64,000 bases of DNA. Source: Acidimicrobiales bacterium (GTDB lineage: Bacteria; Actinomycetota; Acidimicrobiia; Acidimicrobiales; SZUA-35). Below the pieces are notes generated by a model. It did not search any database. It was not told the DNA's origin and saw only the letters and a program-made list of their open reading frames with translations. The position numbers and the translations under genes are program-made. Positions 37,976 through 44,712 of this stretch are shown here, piece after piece; position 1 is the stretch's first letter; each line of letters starts with the position of its first letter. The stretch spans positions 111,566 to 175,565 of the forward strand of contig JAHDCC010000001.1 in assembly GCA_020630065.1 (NCBI GenBank). Reading direction: 5' to 3'.

Positions 37976-39523
37976 ATGGCGAATCCCGACCTGTCGGTGT
38001 CCGAACTGAATGTGGGGCTCAGGTCACTAGTCCTGAGCCGATTTAAAATTGGTCAAGGTCGGACTGCGAGTCTCACAGGCATATGTGTATTGTTGATCGT
38101 CGTTTTTTCATTGTTGGAGCCAGGAATATTTCCAACCGCTCGGAACTTCGAATCAATGGCGTTTCAGATGTCAGAGATTGGTCTACTGGCTCTTGCTATC
38201 GGCATAACCATGATCGGGGGTGGCATAGACCTCTCGGTGAGTGCAACTGCAAATATGGCTGGAATCGCTGCTGGTCTAGTCGTCTCCGCCCACACGGGTG
38301 AAGGTACCCCGGCTGGGATTTTGATCGTAGCCCTAGGCGCCGCCATCGCTGTCGGACTAACCATGGGTGTCGCTAACGGAGGTTTGGTCGCATACCTCAA
38401 CGTCCACCCCATTCTGGCGACACTAGCCACCATGACCATCGTGATGGGTCTTGCTACTGGAATAACGAACGGTGCGACTGTCTTTGGTCAACAAGCCTTC
38501 ACCGGCCTCGGTTCCGGGCTAGTTCTGGGAATCCCAGCGCCTTTGGTTTTGGTCGTGTTAGCGGCGGCAATACTGGCGTTTACGTTGCATAAGTCTCGGT
38601 TCGGTTTCAGACTCTACCTCTCAGGTTCTAATCCCATTGCAGCCAGCTTTTCGGGAATCCCAGTTCGACGGACACTTCTAATGAGTTACGTCGCTAGCGG
38701 GGTACTAGCTGGTATCTCTGGAATTATCATTCTGGGTAGAACAAATGCCGCCAACGTCGATTTCGGCGGATCCTTTGTGCTGCTGGCCGTTCTCGTGGCT
38801 GTTCTAGGGGGGATAAACCCATATGGCGGCGAGGGGAAAATACTAAACGTCCTTCTCGCACTGATGTCAGTCCAAATTCTGTCAACTGGGATCAACACGG
38901 TCTTCGCCAAAGAGAGCGGTAGTAATTTCCTCAAAGAAGCATCTTGGGGTCTGCTGCTCCTCATCATCTTGGCTGTACCAGCCCTTCGGACCATGCGATC
39001 ATCGCTACGCCGTTTCACCGAAACAGGACCAGTTCCAAACACAGCCAAAAGTAACGTTCGAGAGCATCACAGTGTTAACCCTCAGAACAACGCTGCTAGT
39101 TATGACGCCGAAAACTATGTGTTGAACGCCCACAGTATCGACAAATCATTCGGTGGTATCAGGGCGTTAGATAACGCAAGTCTTAAGGTTCGGGCTGGCA
39201 CGGTACACGCTCTTGTGGGCGAAAATGGGTCTGGAAAATCGACCCTGACGAAGGTGGTCTCGGGCGTTCATCAGCCTGACGCCGGTGTCATTGAACTATG
39301 TGGTGAGACGTTTGAATATCTTTCTCCGAAGGTCTCCTCAGCTTCCGGCCTCCAAGTCATTTATCAAGACCTCGCCCTATTTCCTGATCTGACGGTGGCC
39401 GAAAATATCTATCTTGCCGCCGACCGAGTGGGGGTAAACCGGTTCATAAATTGGGGTGACGCTAAGGCGATGTCGAAGGACGGTCTGTCTAACTTAGGGA
39501 TCGATCTCAACCCGAACTCGTAA
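37976..39523 (+). CDS. Sugar ABC permease (RbsC-like) fused in frame to a truncated ABC ATPase N-terminal fragment; probably a decayed transporter gene
   Basis: aa 1-~340 form a polytopic branched-chain/ribose-type permease. aa ~365-515 carry the ATPase N-terminus with Walker A GENGSGKST. The ORF stops (…LGIDLNPNS) before the LSGGQ, Walker B and second NBD expected in CUT2 ATPases. Confidence 0.7.
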   Translation: MANPDLSVSELNVGLRSLVLSRFKIGQGRTASLTGICVLLIVVFSLLEPGIFPTARNFESMAFQMSEIGLLALAIGITMIGGGIDLSVSATANMAGIAAGLVVSAHTGEGTPAGILIVALGAAIAVGLTMGVANGGLVAYLNVHPILATLATMTIVMGLATGITNGATVFGQQAFTGLGSGLVLGIPAPLVLVVLAAAILAFTLHKSRFGFRLYLSGSNPIAASFSGIPVRRTLLMSYVASGVLAGISGIIILGRTNAANVDFGGSFVLLAVLVAVLGGINPYGGEGKILNVLLALMSVQILSTGINTVFAKESGSNFLKEASWGLLLLIILAVPALRTMRSSLRRFTETGPVPNTAKSNVREHHSVNPQNNAASYDAENYVLNAHSIDKSFGGIRALDNASLKVRAGTVHALVGENGSGKSTLTKVVSGVHQPDAGVIELCGETFEYLSPKVSSASGLQVIYQDLALFPDLTVAENIYLAADRVGVNRFINWGDAKAMSKDGLSNLGIDLNPNS

Positions 39524-39539
39524 AGGAATCTCGTTAGCG

Positions 39540-40319
39540 TTGGTCACATCATGGCACGCTGCGAACATCGCATCCGAAGATATGTCAGGAGCCGGGATTG
39601 ACCAAAACTATTTGGAACGGGTCAATAAGGCGACCCTAGCCGATTGGCGTTTGATGCGTACCACGGTACGGACTAAGTATGGGCCGGCTATGAAAGACAG
39701 TCGTTTCTTTTTACTGGACCACATGCTTGATTACATCATATTAGGAGCGGGTCTCGCTGGGCGATACCAGGTGGCTACCTGGTTGTATGGTACCGAGGGC
39801 GCTCGGGACGCTGAGACGCCTGAATTGTTGAAGGTGCGAAAAAAGCTTGGTAAGACAATGTATCTTTCACAATCTGTCCCCTTCGGTTGGTTTGGTCCAG
39901 CCAAGGTGGTCAATTTTATGGAACGTCGTCGACAGGCGGTCGAGAAACGAGCAAAGTGGCGCCTCGAGAACGGTATCGAGCTGCGACCGTCCGTTGGCAT
40001 CATGCGGCCGGATGCCCCGTTCCCGATGATGACCCGGCTTTGGCGTCACTTTGAAGGCAAGAAGACCTTCAGCGTGACTCCAAACGTAGTGAAAGAACCC
40101 AAGATGATGCGGCCGAATCTTACCGGTGGTTTGCCACCCGTGTTTAAAACGGTCGGTGTGATTTCGCTAATCCTGTACGCCATTGGTGCTACGTTCGACA
40201 TCCTCGATACGGGGGTTCGTAAATTGAAAATGCGGTTTATGAGACAAAAGAGAAAGTCCCCCAGCGTTAGTTACTCGCAGGCTATTGAGTCCGGGAATCT
40301 TGGGAGCGAGACGACGTGA
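39540..40319 (+). CDS. Hypothetical protein (259 aa), start uncertain
   Basis: Long ORF with one clear C-terminal TM helix (VGVISLILYAIGATFDIL) and a basic tail. No family recognised. TTG 39540 or ATG 39582 are possible starts. Confidence 0.4.
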   Translation: MVTSWHAANIASEDMSGAGIDQNYLERVNKATLADWRLMRTTVRTKYGPAMKDSRFFLLDHMLDYIILGAGLAGRYQVATWLYGTEGARDAETPELLKVRKKLGKTMYLSQSVPFGWFGPAKVVNFMERRRQAVEKRAKWRLENGIELRPSVGIMRPDAPFPMMTRLWRHFEGKKTFSVTPNVVKEPKMMRPNLTGGLPPVFKTVGVISLILYAIGATFDILDTGVRKLKMRFMRQKRKSPSVSYSQAIESGNLGSETT

Positions 40320-40384
40320 CAAAAAGGCTGCCGATCAAACTTGCGTTGTTGTTGTGTGGTCGGTCTACCATGTTCATACAAAAG

Positions 40385-40408
40385 CGACGTCAGCCTAGGT
40401 TGACGTCG
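40385..40408. promoter_or_regulatory. 24-bp near-perfect palindrome CGACGTCAGCCTAGGTTGACGTCG
   Basis: Read directly. 22 of 24 positions are symmetric. It lies 112 bp upstream of the ABC-2 ATPase gene and 66 bp downstream of the preceding ORF. Confidence 0.3.
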
Positions 40409-40520
40409 TGTCGTCTGCAGGAGTGTGGATGAACGCCGTAGAGAGTTTTGGTTGGAATAACGTTTTGATCGCGTTGGCCGTACGTGGCAGTGATCGTAGC
40501 AACGAAGGAATCAACGCCGT

Positions 40521-41267
40521 ATGAGCGATGGTAAGAGAAGTAGCTCTCCACGTCTGGAGGCCGTCGGACTGAGTAAGTCTTACGAGGGCCAAACAGTGGT
40601 GGAGGATGTAAGTTTGGCCGTGCCTCCGGGAGAGGTCCACGCCTTGATTGGGCTTAACGGCGCCGGCAAAACAACGCTTATGCGGATGTTTCTCGGGATG
40701 ATAAAGCCGGATAGCGGAAGTGCAGTTGTCGATGGTGTCGATGTCTTTGATGGCAACCCTGACTGGAGCAACGTAGGGTATTTGATCGAGACACCGTTCG
40801 CCTATGCCGAACTGTCGGTGGTCGAAAATTTGAAGGTGTCGGCGATGTTGCATGGGGTCGACCGAAGCGCTATCGATGATCTGGTCACTGAATCGGCTGA
40901 CCGGTTTGGGATTTCTCAATATGCGAATCGATCGGCCCGAAAGCTCTCGCTTGGCAATAGGCAAAAGCTAGCGTTGGCGTCGGCGACATTGCACAGTCCG
41001 TCGATTCTAGTATTGGATGAACCTGCCAATGGTCTTGACCCAGCTGGGGTAGTAGCAGTTCGGCAGATGTTGTCTGATCTGGCCGATGAAGGCGTCTCGG
41101 TTTTTGTGTCGAGCCACCATATTGACCAAGTTGCACGCATCGCTGATCGCATGTGGGTATTACAAGCAGGGACACTTGTGGGCAGTCTAGACCCCGGTGG
41201 CGAAGACTTAGAGAAAGCGTTTTTTGACATGATCTATGAAGCCGATATTGCGTCGGAGGTGGGCTGA
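40521..41267 (+). CDS. ABC transporter ATP-binding protein (ABC-2 / bacitracin-lantibiotic export type)
   Basis: Walker A GLNGAGKTT, signature LSLGNRQK, Walker B ILVLDEP, H-loop SSH. Confidence 0.9.
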   Translation: MSDGKRSSSPRLEAVGLSKSYEGQTVVEDVSLAVPPGEVHALIGLNGAGKTTLMRMFLGMIKPDSGSAVVDGVDVFDGNPDWSNVGYLIETPFAYAELSVVENLKVSAMLHGVDRSAIDDLVTESADRFGISQYANRSARKLSLGNRQKLALASATLHSPSILVLDEPANGLDPAGVVAVRQMLSDLADEGVSVFVSSHHIDQVARIADRMWVLQAGTLVGSLDPGGEDLEKAFFDMIYEADIASEVG

Positions 41268-42031
41268 TGGAACGGGCTCTCATCGTCGAAGGCACTAAAT
41301 TCCGACGCTCCCCAGTCGCCCTAATCGCCACAGTCGTAGTGGTCGTTGTTGTACCCGCGTTGAGTCTTGCGATGACGTGGATAGTCGGCGGCAACACTGC
41401 TTCGGCACTCGCGCTCAAAGCTGAGGCCTTAGTAGGTGACGGCGGTTGGGGCGGATATCTCAACGTGGCTGCCCAAGTGTCAGCGGCGGCCGTTTTCGTC
41501 GCCTCAGGATTTGTAGTCTCGTGGATGTTTGGACGAGAATACGCCGAACGCACATTTCCTTCGTTGTTTGCGTTGCCGGTTTCTCTCCGGTCCATAGCGT
41601 CGTCCAAACTGATTGTGATAGCAGTATGGTCGTTCGCCACCGCAGTGCTGATGGCCTTGGTAGCTGGGACAATTGGGGCAATCGCAGGCTTAGAGGTCGG
41701 TGACGCCGATGTGGTCAGTTTGTTGATCAAACTCTTTGTTGTATCGTTCTCGTCGAGCCTTATGGCAATGGTCGTCGCCATCGTGGCGAGTGTGTCTCGA
41801 GGGTATTTCGCTGCGGTTGGAGCTGTGATTGTGTTAGTGGCTTGTGGTCAGCTATCCGTGTTGTTTGGGGTTGGAGGTTGGTTTCCGATCGCTGTTCCCG
41901 GATTATTGGCTGTTGCAGGAACCGAAGGCGTACCCGATGTGACATTGCCCCATATTCTATTTGCGTCTGCAACCGTTGTCGGAGCGAGTTTCTTTACCGT
42001 CTGGTGGTGGGGGAGATCATCGGCGGTGTAG
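41267..42031 (+). CDS. ABC-2 family transporter permease
   Basis: TGATG overlap with the ATPase gene, 6 predicted TM helices, and a FGREYAERT motif after TM2 that is common in ABC-2 immunity-type permeases. Confidence 0.8.
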   Translation: MERALIVEGTKFRRSPVALIATVVVVVVVPALSLAMTWIVGGNTASALALKAEALVGDGGWGGYLNVAAQVSAAAVFVASGFVVSWMFGREYAERTFPSLFALPVSLRSIASSKLIVIAVWSFATAVLMALVAGTIGAIAGLEVGDADVVSLLIKLFVVSFSSSLMAMVVAIVASVSRGYFAAVGAVIVLVACGQLSVLFGVGGWFPIAVPGLLAVAGTEGVPDVTLPHILFASATVVGASFFTVWWWGRSSAV

Positions 42032-42108
42032 GTTGACCCGTCGAATGAGGGTTGATGGACGGCCTGTGAGTTTGACTATAGGTACCGGATAGGGAAGGTT
42101 CAGAGCAG

Positions 42109-42744
42109 ATGTCTCGACAGTGGGATGTGGCGGCTACGGCCCGAAAAGACTTTGTAGAACTTATCGAATCATTAGAAAGCGAACAACGAAACCAAGAGAC
42201 GCTCTGTGCCGGGTGGACACCAGTCCATATATTGGCACATTTAGTCTCGTTTGTGGACGTTTCACTTTGGAGTGGTTTACGTAACTTGATCCAGCACAAG
42301 TTTGATACCGACGCAGCCACGATGGCGACAACCCTCAAGCTGTTCGAATCGCGCTCGGTAGACGACCTCTGTTCTACCTTGCGTATCCGTGCTGCTAGAT
42401 CGGCCGGTGTTCCCGGGGTCTCTGAGGCGTTGGTGGTTGCTGATGTGGCCGTTCACACCCAAGATGTTCGACGCGGGGTGTCTGCTGAGGGGTCGCTTAA
42501 CCCAACGGTTCTTCGATCGGCGTTGGAGTTTGTGCTCACTAATAAAAAGGCTCAAAAGATGTTCCATGCCCCCAAGTTGGATGGTCTGTCATTTGAGGCG
42601 ACCGATGTCGATTACAGTGCAGGTTCAGGCGCTGTAATTAGAGGCACCGGAGACGCTATTCTTCTCGGTCTGTTGGGTCGACCCACATTGGGGGACCTCA
42701 GCGGTCGAGGTCTTGCAACATTGGCTGACCGACTGAAGATCTGA
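42109..42744 (+). CDS. DinB/MDMPI-like (mycothiol maleylpyruvate isomerase N-terminal domain, TIGR03083-like) protein
   Basis: The N-terminal pattern ...DFVELIESL...ETLCAGWTPVHILAHLV is typical of this actinobacterial family. Confidence 0.65.
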   Translation: MSRQWDVAATARKDFVELIESLESEQRNQETLCAGWTPVHILAHLVSFVDVSLWSGLRNLIQHKFDTDAATMATTLKLFESRSVDDLCSTLRIRAARSAGVPGVSEALVVADVAVHTQDVRRGVSAEGSLNPTVLRSALEFVLTNKKAQKMFHAPKLDGLSFEATDVDYSAGSGAVIRGTGDAILLGLLGRPTLGDLSGRGLATLADRLKI

Positions 42745-42746
42745 CA

Positions 42747-43150
42747 TCACGCAGACTTGAAGGCTAACTGTGGAGCCAGACGGTTCAGTTGCTTGTTGTA
42801 ATCGTCAACGCGTGTTTGACGAATCGTCGGTTGAACGAGCCAACGATAGGATCGTCCCGATCGTCGCCACACGAATTTGACTGCGGTCGCTCCCTCGACC
42901 CGGGATCGTTCACTGCATAGGCGGAACGAAAAGCGGTACTCCATAGATCCCATATGATCCCCGAAGACGATCTCGTCTTGGTTTCGGCAACGATTTCCCA
43001 TAATCCGATTTTATGCCCTTGCTTAAATGGCTTTTCTTGTAGCGCATCAATGACGGTCTTACGGGACAAGGTATTTGTGCTGACCATACGAAGCCATGCT
43101 GGTTGTTTGATGAACCACTCCGTCACGACATCGTCGACGTCTCGGTAGCG
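42747..43150 (-). pseudogene. Possible frameshifted remnant of a RelE/HigB (Gp49/DUF891-like) toxin gene
   Basis: One minus frame reads DDVVTEWFIKQP...KTVIDALQEKPFKQGHKIGLWEIV. A second frame continues MEYRFSFRL...VKFVWRRSG...PTIRQTRVDDYNKQL. The similarity is judged by eye only, and no intact start codon is present. Confidence 0.2.
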
Positions 43151-43188
43151 TTGGTTGCTGACGTTTGGGAGTGTAAGACGCTCCCTTG

Positions 43189-44274
43189 TCAAGCAGCGAT
43201 CGGGGTTTGGTTGGTGCGGGCTTGTTCGTCTCGCCACATTCGTCGGATGATCCGGTTGGCGAGTTGTCGTTTGTGGGCACGTCTGGCTTCTCGGCGGGTT
43301 TTGCCTTCTGAGAGTTTCCGGTTGATATAGGTTTGGGCTTCGGGTGTGTCTCTGTGTTGGGTTATCGATGCCATATAGATGACGCTGTTGATTCGCCGGT
43401 TCCCCCTGAAATCGAGTCGGTGGCGGACGGGTCTGCCTGTTCCCTCTCCTGAAGATACGGCTACTGCACCGGTTCCGCACCAGCGAGCAAATTTTGCTTC
43501 GGTGCTGAATCGTGTGGGGTCGCCGACCTCGCAAACTAGAGTGGCTGCAGAGATCGGCCCGACGCCTGGCTCGTCACGGAGCGTGGTGCCGTGTTGATCG
43601 AGTAGTGTCCCAATGTGTCGTTCAAGGGCCCTGATTTCTCGGCGAGCGTTGCGGTCTTGGTCAATTAGCGGGGTTAGCCACGACAACCGGTATTGGTCAG
43701 AACGAGTCGACGCCAAATTGGTGTCGACCTGTTCAAGTGCACGTAGTCGTGATTCTATTTTTCCTGTGGTTGGTAACTGGTCTCGGATCTCGGTCGGCAA
43801 TTTCGATAGTTGGTCATGAACGATGTGCAACAAGATGGTTCTGACCTGGACCAAAGCTCGGCGGTGTTCGAGCACAGCTTCGATCTCGGCGACTAACGGG
43901 TCGTAGACTTCCAAGGTTTGCACAGGCCCTAAGTTGGGTTCGGCTAACAAAGCTCGGGCGATACAGATTGCGTCAACGGCGTCTGTTTTTTCTAGGCGGC
44001 GTGAACGTCGTTGGGCTGCGGTGCGTTGGGCTGAAACTTCTCTGCAATCGAACCCGGCAGCCGACAAAGCAATAGCCACATGAGCGCCCCAGGAAGCTGA
44101 ACCTTCGATTCCGACATGTTCAACGCCAGCAGTGGTCAAAGTATCAACAGCTTGGACATAGCCTTCGGCGTTGTTTGGAAACGTTTCAATAGACTGTTCA
44201 ACTCCGTTGCTATCGACAATCCCGATAGTGAACGAGTTCTGATGCGGGTCGATGCCCGCGGTTTTTTCTGTCAT
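43189..44274 (-). CDS. IS110-family transposase (DEDD/RuvC-like N-domain plus Tnp C-domain)
   Basis: MTEKTAGIDPHQNSF, HVGIEGSASWG, KTDAVDAICIARA, EPGVGPISAATLVCEVGDPTRF and HRLDFRGNRRINSVIYMA. AGGAGG lies 6 nt upstream of ATG 44274. The longer 44358 start is unlikely. Confidence 0.92.
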   Translation of the reverse strand: MTEKTAGIDPHQNSFTIGIVDSNGVEQSIETFPNNAEGYVQAVDTLTTAGVEHVGIEGSASWGAHVAIALSAAGFDCREVSAQRTAAQRRSRRLEKTDAVDAICIARALLAEPNLGPVQTLEVYDPLVAEIEAVLEHRRALVQVRTILLHIVHDQLSKLPTEIRDQLPTTGKIESRLRALEQVDTNLASTRSDQYRLSWLTPLIDQDRNARREIRALERHIGTLLDQHGTTLRDEPGVGPISAATLVCEVGDPTRFSTEAKFARWCGTGAVAVSSGEGTGRPVRHRLDFRGNRRINSVIYMASITQHRDTPEAQTYINRKLSEGKTRREARRAHKRQLANRIIRRMWRDEQARTNQTPIAA

Positions 44275-44560
44275 TATGGTGTTCCTCCTGCTGGAAAATA
44301 TTGTCCGGTAGATACGGGAACGGCAGGGACACAACGGCACATCCGAGTCGAGTTTCAACGTTCAGGCTCTTTTTAAGCCAGCGGCGTCCTTGCCGGTCCC
44401 ACACACAACGCGACAGGTCTCACAACAGGCCCAAGAGGCCACTAAACGGTTAAGTCAACATCGCATGCAGGACCGCACCGTAACCCTCTGGATGAGAGCC
44501 TGGCAAACTTATAGTGACACTCGGAAAAGCGGTGTTTCTGTCTGATCTAACTTAACCGTC
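44275..44560 (-). ncRNA. Candidate IS110 bridge RNA region (5' non-coding arm)
   Basis: There is no credible ORF. Complementary segments include the 10-bp pair at 44446-44455 / 44550-44559, the GGCC-N5-GGCC hairpin at 44428-44440, and CGGTCC/GGACCG at 44394-44399 / 44470-44475. The position matches that of the IS621-type bridge RNA. Confidence 0.3.
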
Positions 44561-44712
44561 CGGAAGGGCGGTTGGAATAGACAGATACGATGATTGATGA
44601 TGGAGCGGTGACGCTACATCAACAAAATGACAATGATGGAACCTCGAACGTGGATCGGTCTGTGGCTGAGAATCTGGTCGAACAAGGTCGTGCTGATAGT
44701 AAGCGTAATGTG

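Larger units (their letters stand above)
43150..44560 (-). mobile_element. IS110-family insertion sequence (ends approximate)
   Basis: A single transposase gene is flanked by about 440 nt of non-coding DNA on each side, between two convergent genes. IS110 elements lack terminal inverted repeats, so the ends cannot be set from one copy. Confidence 0.5.

Noticed and set aside
40885-41781. 298-aa minus-strand ORF spanning the two ABC-2 genes
   Set aside because: It is antisense to two genes with clear ABC motifs. The translation is low-complexity (T/A/S/P/R-rich), and there is no SD or recognisable domain.
42785-43534. 249-aa minus-strand ORF overlapping the 3' part of the IS110 transposase gene in another frame
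   Set aside because: Its N-terminal two thirds are R/P/T/Q low-complexity read-through of the transposase region. Only the last ~100 codons, outside the transposase, look protein-like, and those are treated separately as a possible toxin remnant.
44275-44358. Extended 5' start of the IS110 transposase (MKLDSDVPLCPC...)
   Set aside because: The conserved N-terminus (MTEKTAGIDPH) starts at ATG 44274, directly after a strong AGGAGG. The extension is not transposase-like.
42928-44533. 10-bp direct repeat GAAAAGCGGT at 42928-42937 and 44524-44533, 1596 bp apart and flanking the IS110 transposase, considered as a possible target duplication or element ends
   Set aside because: Comparing two ~440-nt flanks, a 10-mer match is expected by chance roughly once in three trials. 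The match does not extend. IS110-family elements are not known to make long target duplications.
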